Shown: piece by piece, positions 48,747 to 58,736 of the stretch | Numbering within the stretch: position 1 is the stretch's first letter | Layout of the letters: each line of letters starts with the position of its first letter | Assembly: GCA_031411295.1 (NCBI GenBank) | Contig: JANOAV010000038.1 | Location: 1-64,000 of the forward strand | Source: Verrucomicrobiales bacterium | GTDB taxonomy: Bacteria; Verrucomicrobiota; Verrucomicrobiia; Verrucomicrobiales; V1-33 | Reading direction: 5' to 3' | Length of the DNA stretch: 64,000 bases | The notes under the pieces: generated by a model | The model's database searches: none | Seen by the model: the letters and a program-made list of their open reading frames with translations, nothing else | What the model was told of the DNA's origin: nothing | Made by a program: the position numbers and the translations under genes

Positions 48747-51700
48747 TCACGGTTTCTGCGAGACCCCAAGCCTGTAGAAACGATGCACCTGGCTGGAGGC
48801 AGGCTCCACATAGGTGCGCGTTTGTTTGCCTGCTGTCAGGGAGATGGGGGGCGCGTCCACGCGGGTCCAAGCCGCCAAATCAGAGGAAGCCTCCAGGAAA
48901 TAGTCCACGTCTGGCATCAGCATATTCACTTCAAATGTGGCCACAAATTCCCCCGAGCCGAGCGAGTAGGTCAGTGGAAGCATGCGCGTGCTCAAATTTG
49001 GATCCGTGCCCAGTGCATACTCCATCAAGTTAGTGTAACCGTCACTATCTGAATCCGCTAGCATTCCCGCCACGCTGTGGGCCGTGGCCCAGTCTGCGAA
49101 GCGATTCCCCGGTGCCGCCGTGCCGGGCGAGGCATTTGCGGCCATCCAGTTGATGTAGTCATTGCCGTAGTCCTTTTCGGAAAGTTTCGTCAGTGACGGA
49201 CCGTCGCCATCCGGTGTCGTGGGCCATGGCGCAGCATCCTCGAAATTCACCCGATCCTGCCGCACGTATTGCAGCACGTTCAAGGCATCCACTGCGCCTG
49301 GACGATCCAGTTGCAGCGACTCTCCACCGTTGGCCAATCCTCCCGTCAGCCATTCGTAAACTCTGGTTCCCGCAGGCGCCAGCGCGCCATAAGCCGTCGT
49401 GAATTGAGGGATATTCTTGGTCAGGATGATGCGCTCGCCTGGGAGCATTGTGACCGGAGTGACTGAGGGGAATTCGAAATCAATGCCATCGCTCAAGCGC
49501 CAAGCCTTGGCCTTTACGCTGTCAAAGAGAGTGACGGAGGCATTGCTGACGTTGAGCAGTTCGATATACTCGGAGTCTCCGTTGCCAGCAGGATGATACA
49601 TGACCTCGGAAATCACGATCGGCCCCACGCGCGGCCCGCTGTTGGTGGCATTGGGTGTCGGGCTGGCCATGGCCACGAAGTTGTAGGAGTCGCTACTAGG
49701 TTTGTAGTAGGCTCCCAGCGATTCGCCTTCCGTGCTGGGGCCGAAGTCTTCCTTGGACTGGTAATCAGTGAGTTGATCATTGGCAGCGGAACTGAGATAG
49801 ACCGTCTCACCCACATCGCTCAGGGCGAAAGGAGTTACTTTGTTTACGTCCACGCTGGTGGCTCCGAAGTTGGTGCTCTCATAAAATGTCACGAACCCAT
49901 CAGCAGGAATCACCGTGCCAACGGGGATGCGATAACGCAGCAGGTCAGAACCACTATCACTGAGGAACCACCCGCCGATGTTCATGGGATTGCCCGTGCG
50001 GTTGTGCAGCTCGATCCAATCGCTGGCGGCCCCGGAGTTGGACAGCACTTCATTGATCACCACCGTTTCCCCGATGGTGTAGGGATAATGACCCACGTTA
50101 TAAACATACTGGGCCCCACGATCCACCACCGTCGCATCCGGGTCCAGGGCATGAGCAGGATCGCCCGAATTGATCACTGGGGATTCAGGACGCACTTGGA
50201 AATTCAGCGTCACAGGATCAATGAACATTGGATCCGCCAGCATGTTTTCCGTCCCATCAATGGCCAAGTTATCGCTGAGGCAATACGCCGTGCTGACAGT
50301 CGAGAATCCATCCACCGTTACTGGCGGAGTGATGGACTTGGAAATGATGGTGTTGGTGATCACAGCAGAGCCGCCCCCATCACCAAAGTTCTTTTCATAG
50401 ATGGCAACACCCGTGCCACAGGAGGCGAAGGTGTTCTGATCAATCGTCGCGAACGAGCCTGTATCCTTGATGCCAACCCCAAGCACGCATCCCACCACCA
50501 AGTTTTTGCGAATGATAACAGTGGACCCCTGACCGACGGAGAAGCCTTTGTCAGAGTTGTAGTAGATCAGATTCCCCTGAATTAATACATTCGTGCAGGC
50601 TTCACCAATGTCGATCCCATCGCTGTTGGAGCCTTGGAAACGATAGATGTGGCAGTCTTCAATGAGTCCATTCGTCACGCCGTCGTAGTCGATGGCATCC
50701 GTGTCGGGCGCATTATTGCCGGGGAAAATACAGCGCTGGGTGGTGGCCAGGCCCTGCTTCACATTGATGCAGTCGCCCGTGTAGGGATTGTAAAGTCGGC
50801 TGTCGCGCAAGGTGGTATTGCCGCCGCGCGCAAACACTGGACCTTCCGAATCAGCAACATCAATGTAATCCAGAATCAGCGTGGCATTGAGCCCGGAGAT
50901 GGCCGAAGGATACTTCGTGGCATCGAATCCCTTGGTGGCTTGGCGAATGAACACGTGATTCAGATGGGAGGGGCCGCTGGGATTTTCAAAACTGATGCCG
51001 CCCCACCGTTCGCCATTTCTTCCCACGATGGAGACCGGCTGCGCAGTCGTTCCATCAATGTTCAGCACGCCCTGCACGCGAATGTTGCGGAGTGCTGTCA
51101 TCCGAATTTCCACGCCTGCTGGAACAGTCAGCGTGATGCCGCTTGGGATGATGAGATCCCCACTCAGCACGTATGGCGAAGCCGCTGCGCTCAGCGTAGT
51201 GTTGCTGGCCAGAGTTCCTCCAATCACAGTCTCCGTGGCAGGAACAAAATTTGCGGTAATGGTCTTCGCAGCCGTAATCGTGACACTGATGCTGTCCCCC
51301 CCGGTGGCTCCAGTCCAACCGCTGAAAGCATAGCCCGGGGCGGGCTGCGCCTTGAGCGTGAACGGAACATTGGGGAACATTTTGAACGTCGAGGGATCGA
51401 CCGGGACCCCCTGCACCAACACCTTGCCTTGTTCAGTATTGTTGACTGCGAGGGTGAAATTGACCGCAGTGCCCACGCCAAGCTGCGTGGTGGCTTCGCC
51501 ATAGAAATTTGCCGTCCGTTGCACCGCATAATCTTTGATGTTTTGAATATTGCTCGCCCGGGTGGCAACGGTGGTCCCATTGGGTGCCCAACGTGTGACA
51601 TGGCGTGGAATTTCGGCTGCGATCTCCGTGTCCATGGCCGAAATGATGGCATCCACCCGGGAGGCTTTAAATGTCCCCGCCACGTGTGCGGCATAACGCT

Positions 51701-53993
51701 GAGCCAGGCGACCTTTGAATGGAACGTTAAGCTTCAGACGTTTCAGCACGTCCTCGCTCGTGAGCATGTCCGCCAACACACCTGTCAGACTGCTGGTCGA
51801 GAAGGTCCGGTCCATGTCGGTCAGAAACCAGCGCCAGCGGGCTCCGGGCTGTTTCGCTTTCCAGAATTCGCGGTTGTGCAACCAACTGATATTATTGCCG
51901 TAAGATTCAGAAATCACAAAATCCATGAAGCTCTCCACATCGATCTTCGATTCCACGTAGTCCCAATTTGCCTGCACCGTGAGGTCCGCCGTATTGATGA
52001 AATTCATCAGGTCCAGCCAGTCTTTGTTATCTCCCTTGTCCACCCCCAAAGTGACAGCAGCGCTGCTGATGTGGCCATAGAGCAAGTGATCAATTTTGTC
52101 TGACGGCAAATGGAATTGCTGTGCGAACCACATGTCATCCCAACGCTGGCGGATATCGTGCACGCCGAAGTAGGCTCCGTTGATAAACACCACGCTGGGC
52201 CGGTAATCCGCAGTGTCCACATTCAGGAAACCATGCGCCAGCTTGGGATAGAGCGCATCCCGCAGCATATCCCTATCCCAATTGTCCCCGCCATCCCGCA
52301 GGGTGAAGGCACTGTGCAGCGGGATCTGCGTCCCTGGAAACAAATCGTATTTGATTTCCGTCTCACCATAACTGCCGCGCATGGCCAAGTTCAGCGCCTT
52401 CTGCGGGTGCACCCAGTTATTCTCACCACCGATGCGGATGCCGCAATTGGCCCTAAAACCACCGCCGCCGGGCGCGAAGAATTCCACATGTCCGGGTGCA
52501 TCCTTGCCTTTGTAAACGTCGTTTAATCCGTAGCTGCCAGTCACGCTTTCATGCTGGTTGGCATAGATTCCGATGGTATTGCCAAACATGGTCACTGGAT
52601 CTGCCACCACGGAAATGTAAGGAACGGTTCCCTGCGTTTCCCCACGGAAATACGTCCGCGTGAGGATCGGACCCGGAGTGCGTCCGGCCTCGAAACAACG
52701 TGCCCGCAGCACGGTTGTGGCTGTGATGCTGATGGGGCCGGAGTAGAGCGGGGAGGTGCTCTTGGGGTTGCTGCCATCAAGCGTGTAGCGAATCTGCCCG
52801 CCAGCACTGGAGAGGCTCACTGTTTGATTCGCGGCATAGATTCCGCCCGCCAGCGAGGCCGTCACCTCGCGGCCATCCACCCGCACGTCATCCACGCCCG
52901 CCGTGGTATTGTCCGCGCCCGGTGTGGGTTCGGCAAATTGCTTCCACACCGTGGGGTTCGTCGCATCCCGTCCATAAGAAACATCAGTGACCTGGGTGGT
53001 GAAATCCACCGTATCCACCGTGGTGGCGGAAGTGTGGGAATAACCCACCAAACTGAGATCCATGTCCAAGTCCACGCTGGTCACCACGCCTTGGTGAACT
53101 TCCACCGCCAACACATTCTCTCCAGCCACCAAGGATGAACTGGGAACGTAGTAGGGATTATAAACAGTAGGCGCACCACTCAATGGTAATGCGGCGGGAG
53201 TGCGATATCCGATGTCTCCGGTCGGCATGTTATAGCGGGCAATTTCACTCCCATTCAGATAAACTACGGCCCCGTCATCAATCAGGATTTTCAGCAACAG
53301 GCTGTGGTAAACCGAAGGATCAGCGACGTTGAACGCATGGCGAAAATAGGTCGTGATGTAGCGATTATTATTCACTGGCCCCCAGCCAACGGTTGTCGCT
53401 GGCGAATTGCCGTAGCCTAATTTTGCGGGTCCAGCCGCCCAGGCAGTGTCATCGAAAATGCGGGCTCGCCACTGCGTGCTTTGATCTGATCCATTGTCCA
53501 AATATTTCCACACGGCCACCGTCTGCGGGGCCACCGGAACCGGGTTGGACGCATTTACCAACGGCACGGTGACAATGCCCGTGGCCTGCGTTAATACCAC
53601 GGATTCGCCATCCGCACTGAGTCCGAAGTTCGTGTGATATCTCTCCGTGACAAAACTTTTCCAAGGCCAGTAACCCCGGGGAAACGTCTGCCCGGGAGCC
53701 GCATCATGACTATCCGCCATGAACAGCAAATGCCCGCCCGCAGGGATGGTAGCGGTGGACGGAATGGCCCACTTGTAGGGATTGGAAGGATCGTCACTCA
53801 GGAAATAGCCGTCCAGACTGGCCGTAGTGGCACCGGCATTTTTCAATTCAATCCAATCCGGATAATCTTCAAAATCCGTAATGTCCGGAAAACAGCGGGC
53901 ATTTGAAGCCACAATTTCATTGATCTGAACTTGCGCTGCGGCCACGGTGAGCCCGCAGCAGAGGCTGCAGGCGAGAGTTAGGATTTTATTCAT
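48747..53993 (-). CDS. Secreted CotH-family kinase-like protein with lamin-tail domains, Fn3-associated domain, beta-helix and shared C-terminal domain
   Basis: Start MNKILTL; INEIVASN..DWIELKN and two further LTDs (INEVLSN, ISEVMYHP); IRYTLDGSNP; CotH-like GIRIGG..VFINGAYFG..IDVESFMDF..WRWFLTDMD; DAIDYD/DGIDIG beta-helix. Confidence 0.85.
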   Translation of the reverse strand: MNKILTLACSLCCGLTVAAAQVQINEIVASNARCFPDITDFEDYPDWIELKNAGATTASLDGYFLSDDPSNPYKWAIPSTATIPAGGHLLFMADSHDAAPGQTFPRGYWPWKSFVTERYHTNFGLSADGESVVLTQATGIVTVPLVNASNPVPVAPQTVAVWKYLDNGSDQSTQWRARIFDDTAWAAGPAKLGYGNSPATTVGWGPVNNNRYITTYFRHAFNVADPSVYHSLLLKILIDDGAVVYLNGSEIARYNMPTGDIGYRTPAALPLSGAPTVYNPYYVPSSSLVAGENVLAVEVHQGVVTSVDLDMDLSLVGYSHTSATTVDTVDFTTQVTDVSYGRDATNPTVWKQFAEPTPGADNTTAGVDDVRVDGREVTASLAGGIYAANQTVSLSSAGGQIRYTLDGSNPKSTSPLYSGPISITATTVLRARCFEAGRTPGPILTRTYFRGETQGTVPYISVVADPVTMFGNTIGIYANQHESVTGSYGLNDVYKGKDAPGHVEFFAPGGGGFRANCGIRIGGENNWVHPQKALNLAMRGSYGETEIKYDLFPGTQIPLHSAFTLRDGGDNWDRDMLRDALYPKLAHGFLNVDTADYRPSVVFINGAYFGVHDIRQRWDDMWFAQQFHLPSDKIDHLLYGHISSAAVTLGVDKGDNKDWLDLMNFINTADLTVQANWDYVESKIDVESFMDFVISESYGNNISWLHNREFWKAKQPGARWRWFLTDMDRTFSTSSLTGVLADMLTSEDVLKRLKLNVPFKGRLAQRYAAHVAGTFKASRVDAIISAMDTEIAAEIPRHVTRWAPNGTTVATRASNIQNIKDYAVQRTANFYGEATTQLGVGTAVNFTLAVNNTEQGKVLVQGVPVDPSTFKMFPNVPFTLKAQPAPGYAFSGWTGATGGDSISVTITAAKTITANFVPATETVIGGTLASNTTLSAAASPYVLSGDLIIPSGITLTVPAGVEIRMTALRNIRVQGVLNIDGTTAQPVSIVGRNGERWGGISFENPSGPSHLNHVFIRQATKGFDATKYPSAISGLNATLILDYIDVADSEGPVFARGGNTTLRDSRLYNPYTGDCINVKQGLATTQRCIFPGNNAPDTDAIDYDGVTNGLIEDCHIYRFQGSNSDGIDIGEACTNVLIQGNLIYYNSDKGFSVGQGSTVIIRKNLVVGCVLGVGIKDTGSFATIDQNTFASCGTGVAIYEKNFGDGGGSAVITNTIISKSITPPVTVDGFSTVSTAYCLSDNLAIDGTENMLADPMFIDPVTLNFQVRPESPVINSGDPAHALDPDATVVDRGAQYVYNVGHYPYTIGETVVINEVLSNSGAASDWIELHNRTGNPMNIGGWFLSDSGSDLLRYRIPVGTVIPADGFVTFYESTNFGATSVDVNKVTPFALSDVGETVYLSSAANDQLTDYQSKEDFGPSTEGESLGAYYKPSSDSYNFVAMASPTPNATNSGPRVGPIVISEVMYHPAGNGDSEYIELLNVSNASVTLFDSVKAKAWRLSDGIDFEFPSVTPVTMLPGERIILTKNIPQFTTAYGALAPAGTRVYEWLTGGLANGGESLQLDRPGAVDALNVLQYVRQDRVNFEDAAPWPTTPDGDGPSLTKLSEKDYGNDYINWMAANASPGTAAPGNRFADWATAHSVAGMLADSDSDGYTNLMEYALGTDPNLSTRMLPLTYSLGSGEFVATFEVNMLMPDVDYFLEASSDLAAWTRVDAPPISLTAGKQTRTYVEPASSQVHRFYRLGVSQKP

Positions 53994-54075
53994 AGTAAGG
54001 AGGGACGCATCTCCGAACTGCTGGGGGAGCTTTGGTCGAAATTGCTGGTTTGGGATGGAATTGGGGGGGGGGGGC

Positions 54076-54093
54076 GTGACAATTCTGTAACAG
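54076..54093 (-). promoter_or_regulatory. Pho-box-like 7-4-7 direct repeat upstream of the CotH-TPR-phosphatase operon
   Basis: Minus strand CTGTTAC AGAA TTGTCAC (11-bp period), resembling PhoB consensus CTGTCAT-N4-CTGTCAY; followed by a C12 tract. Confidence 0.45.
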
Positions 54094-54146
54094 AACACTC
54101 AGGCTGTGAATCCTAAAATGGTAACTGTTTGGTTGGATTTGAATTT

Positions 54147-54865
54147 CTACTCGTCGTCCTTGCGATGCCCTTTCCTCTCTGGGGATTTCTTTTCCCCAAG
54201 TTGGAGCGTTACACCTGTTTCCGGCAATGTGACCGTTGCTGTTTGTGAGTTGTGATTGGCAAAGAGGGCTGCAATCCACCATCCCGCCATGATTGCGATA
54301 ACGGCCCCCCCACAACCAATGAGCGGATGCGATCTGATCATCTTGCTCACCTGACTTCCTGCCCGTGATCATTGCCAGGGAGACGTTCTCCCGATGCCTA
54401 TACGTGTGCCAAGCCAAGCCAGCCAAATGGGAGCGCAATCAGAACGACCAGTCCCCAAGCGAAGATTTCATGCAGTTCCCTGACGATTTCTCCGCCGAAC
54501 CCAATGCCTGAAATGAACAGCGCAGGCACCAGCAGAAACATCAGCACAGCAGCCATGGCTGAGCCAGGATTATTCCCCGCGTAGAGTTTTGTCTTGGAGA
54601 AAACTGCACTCAGTAAATACTCCCGCACCTCGCGCGGTCGCACGGGAAAATTGGCGAAACGTGAGTATCGCGACCCTACGAATCCCATGACAACCTTAGC
54701 CACCAGCAGGGACAATGCGACAATCCCGCAGAGCATGTGCAGTTGAAATAACGGGTGATCGTCATCCAGCAAATATCCGATCCCCAGAGCCAGGGAGAGA
54801 GAAATGGCAAACGCCCAGTGGAACAGGCGGGAAGGAATATCCTAAACGAGAATTGGGCGCTTCAT
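54147..54865 (-). pseudogene. Cytochrome b/b6-domain (Ni-hydrogenase cytochrome b-like) pseudogene
   Basis: MKRPILV*DIPSRLFHW (TGG to TAG at 54842-54844), H..G, SRF, GNNP, ELHE; frameshifts at about 54430 (to HLAG..HREN..AMITG) and at 54305-54311. Confidence 0.8.
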
Positions 54866-55113
54866 ATTCGTCGGAGGGTAACCAACTGTGCGGAATGTCA
54901 TAAGCTACGAACGTGGCTATGGTAAATTAGGAGCACGGCTAAGATTTTCCCATCACGCTACCGTAACAGTTTGGCAGGAATACCGATCATTCCGACCTAC
55001 CGCAAACCAGAAGTGCCTCTAACCTGCCCAGAGTCTCCGTTGTGACGGCAAATGGAACAACAACTCAGGCCCACTCTACGCAAAGCAACTCCGCCTTCGG
55101 GCGACGGTCAGGA

Positions 55114-55407
55114 GTTGGCTGCGGGGCGCTGCCGACTGGGGACAGTCGGCACACGTTCCTAGGAATGTGTCCTGACTGTCCTCAGCCAGGAACGATGGCG
55201 GAGCGGATCATGCTTTTTCCACTTTAGTCTGCCAGCCATCGCGCAATCAAAGCGGACGACCTTTTCTGTCAGTCAGCTTCGTTTGCCGAATCTGCCTCTT
55301 GAGCGTTCTGGGGTGGAGTGGTGTTAGCGGACTAACAGTCTGGGACTACTCGGCATGAATTTTCGTAAATCGTATTTCGTCAGTCGTTAATCGTAAATCC
55401 TTCGGGA
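55114..55407. repeat. REP/REPIN-like cluster copy 1 (module A then module B, plus TCGTAAA heptamers)
   Basis: Module A 55114-55215 (palindrome TGCCGACTG-GGGA-CAGTCGGCA) and module B 55221-55375 both have close copies at 59059-59351. Confidence 0.85.
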
Positions 55408-55410
55408 TCG

Positions 55411-58400
55411 TTACGGTGTGGTCACCCTAAGTTGCAGGAAACGTCGTTGGATGCCGATGTTAGTCAGGTCTCCTGAGTCGGTGAAATTTACCACGCCTGC
55501 GGTTTCGGTGAGGGTGGTGCCGGGCGCGTTGATCCAGCCGGTGGCATCGGTCCAAGTGGCTAACGTGGTCCAGTTGACGGGCTGTAAATCGGTGGAGGTG
55601 AGGATTGTCAGGGTAACATCGGTGGCTGCTGGGTTGCGGGGGAATTGCAGCGTCATGAAGTTTCCGCCGTGTCCGCCCACCGGGTGGGTGGTGGGGTTCG
55701 GGAGGGTAGGGTTGGTGCCCAAGGCGTATTCGTAGAGGTTGGTCCGGCCATCGTTGTCTGGGTCCGCCAAGTTTGCTGCGTTACCCGTGTTAGTGGCGGT
55801 GGGTCCAAAGAAGCTTTGCCGCCAGGTTTCGATGGGCACAGGGGGCGTGCCGGTGATGAACACGAGGGTATTGCCGGTGATTTTGAATACACCGGTTACG
55901 CCTGCGGCTAAATTGGTGGCCGTGAAGTCCGCAGTGGTGCAATCCGTGCTGCCAAAGCTGATCAACGGATAGGTGAATCCATTGGCTCCGGTGCCCGTGA
56001 AATCAAAGGTGTGCGGCTGCCGATACTTCCTTTCCGCAATGGACCTGCGCCCAAGACTACCTTATCGGCACTGGCCGAGGCTGCGCTTAAATTATAGACC
56101 ATGGTGCCGCCGCCGTGCCACGTGCAACCCGCTGCGCTCAGTGTGCCGATTCCGCCCTTGCCGGGTGAAACTTTGCCGCCGTTTTCCAAGATGATGTGGC
56201 TGGTGGCTCCTGCTCCGGCCAGGGTGGCTCCAGTTAGGACTTCCGTGGCGATGCCAGTGATGGAGCCAGTAACCAGGAGAGTTCCATTCTGCACCCAGGT
56301 GCCGCCCTGGTAGGTGTTGGTGCCGGTGAGTTCCAGAGTGCCATCCCCGGACTTCAGGAGATCATTGTAAATCGTGCCGCTGAGCAAGCCTGACATGATG
56401 GCGGAGTCTGTGGTAACGGCGGGATTATCAATCACGCGGATTTCGCGATAGCTAAATTTCACCGTGGCTTCGGTCGAGTTCAGTTGGAAATCATCTATCA
56501 GTGTCACGACGCGATCCGCCCGCGTGCTGCCAAGGATCAAGGCGGCATTGGATTGCACGAAGCCAGGATCTTCCCATGGGATCAAGGTGGCTCCGGGGGA
56601 TTGCAGATCCACCGTGACATCGGCCCCGATGGCTGCGAATCCGCCGCTGCCACGGTCCTCGGAAATGGCTGCGGGTGGCACGGCAGTGTCGAACTCAGAC
56701 CAGTTGATGGCACCAGCCACGAAGCCCAAGGGCCGGGAAAAGGTGCCGCCACCGGTCAACTCTAACACGCCACCGCGAAACTTTATTTCGCCCCCGGGCA
56801 ATGAACTGCCTGCCTGGGCGCGCACGGCTCCGCCTTGGATAATCAAGGGCTGGGTCAGCGCGCTGTTGGCTCCGGTGAGCGCCAGCACGCCGTCACCTGC
56901 TTTCACAAGCACCTGATTCGGCATGGCGGCACTAACGGTAAGTTTCGCCTGGGCCACATGATAGTAGTGTGTCCCGGTCCCACCCAGCAGACCGGGGCCC
57001 GCAATGGTGAAATCATTGTTGCCCGCTAGAATCATGGCGGGAACGATCAAGGTGCGGCCACTATTCAGAGTTAGCGTGGAGCCCGCTGCCGTGGGGGCAA
57101 GCTTGAGAGAGTTCAGCGTGATATTTGCCGCCATGGCCGTGGTGGCGGTGAGCAGCGCATTGGCTGTGGGTGCAGTAGCCGCGGGGAATGCGGTGGTGGT
57201 GGCTGCCGTCACTCCATTGGTGACATTGTAACCGGCAAAGTCGGTGCCGTTGACCGTAGCAAAGCCCACGGGTCCTGTGCCCAGGCTGTTTGTGATCAGC
57301 GTATTGAGCAACACCGGGGCGGTGGTAAACATGACGCGGGGAGTATTCCCTGGGGAGCCCAACGCCAGGGCGGCACCAGCTGCATTGCTGGCGCTAAAGT
57401 CAATCGTAGCCGTCTGGGCCACGGTGGTAACATCACGACTTATGGAGCCACACGTCAGCACGGTGGGCGCGCTGGTGGATGCATGCGCCAGGGCAACTCT
57501 AACCTGGCCGCTGCGACCTTTGCTGGCGGAACCTAACTGCACCCGACCGATCGTTTCCGTGGTGCCAGCGGCATTCCCGACCAAGCGGAAGGTCCCGCCG
57601 CCGTTCGTGTCCAGGCCAGTGGAGGTGCCGGAAGCATCCCGCAGGCGATTCGTGTTATTCACAGCAGTGTTGTCCAGTTTCAGGGTGCCGCCATCCAGCG
57701 TAATGGCCCCCTGCGTTTGACTACCCAACGAGGCCGCTCCGCTCAACGTTAGTTTACCACCCACTACCACATCCTTGTTCAGGTCCAGCGTGCCGCTCAG
57801 GATTTGCTCCCCCGGTCCGCGCACCACCAGGGCACCACCCGTGCCGCCCGTGCCCGTGGGCGGTCCCAGCCTGATCCCGCCAGCATAGGTGCCACTGCTA
57901 ATGGCTTGGATGACGATGTTTTCCGTGGAGGTATTTGTGCCAGTGACTTGTGACTGCACCAGGCCAGCGTTTCCGGTTAGGGTTCCGACACGCAATTCCG
58001 AAGAACAGGTGAGTAGCGCAGTGGGATCAGTTAGGGTGACAGGATTGAGCCGCAGGGCCGTGATGCCTGAGAAGGCGTTGTTGTTAAATCTCACCGTGCC
58101 ACCATTGATCGTCAGTCGCCCCATCCACGTATTGTCCGAGGGCACACCCGTGGCTGGCAGAACGGGCACTGGCGTTCCGAAACGAAACGTGCTGGCCCCA
58201 TTTTTCGTGATGTCATACAGTCCACTGATGCCCAGGTTCATTGTCACCGGCCCCAACCCATCGCCCTGCAAGGTCAGCGGAGCCTTGAGGTCGAAAGGGA
58301 CGTCCATCGTGATGGCACCCGCATTGAGTTGACGCAGACTGGGCGCAATTCCACCAAACGCGAGTTGGGACCCGGGAGCACTGCTCACGATCATCGGAGG

Positions 58401-58736
58401 ATCCGTCGCCAGCCCAGCCACGTCGGTTAAATTAAACTGCAGGGCGTTCAGCTTAAAGCTGCCCGCCACGTCGCTTGTAGAGGTATAGTTAGGGGCAGTC
58501 CCTGCGGTGATCCCCACATCTCCCGAGAATTGCAGCAAGTCCGTGAAATCATTGCCCAGTGGAGCAGTGCCACCCCACGCGCTGGGATCACTCCAAGCAG
58601 CGGTGGTGTTATTCCAAGTAAACGTCCCGCCGTGGGAAATGTTGGGCAGGAAGCCATGCAGCGCAAAGCAAGCAGTGGCGAGTGGTAGGAAACTGACGCG
58701 ATGTGAGGGAGGGAATGAAGCGGGCACGGGAAGCAA
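55411..58736 (-). CDS. Secreted autotransporter-associated beta-strand repeat protein without a beta-barrel; frameshift near 56015
   Basis: LLKSGDGTLELTGTNTYQGGT, LVKAGDGVLAL and ITKNGAST repeats. ORF 55962-58736 continues as HTFDFTGTGANGFTYPLISFG into ORF 55411-55965 with one added base; ends RRFLQLRVTTP. Confidence 0.78.

Noticed and set aside
48736..48752. CCGGGTTCGATTCACGG as a tRNA T-arm or att site
   Set aside because: Mismatched stem, no D-arm, anticodon arm or acceptor stem; it overlaps the CotH stop codon.
49593..52103. Long + strand ORFs (330 aa and 489 aa) opposite the CotH gene
   Set aside because: Antisense shadows of a GC-rich coding strand; no recognisable motifs.
53994..54098. 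ORF-track N-terminal extension MFCYRIVTPPPP.. of the CotH gene
   Set aside because: It runs through the C12 tract; the signal peptide begins at MNKIL (53993).
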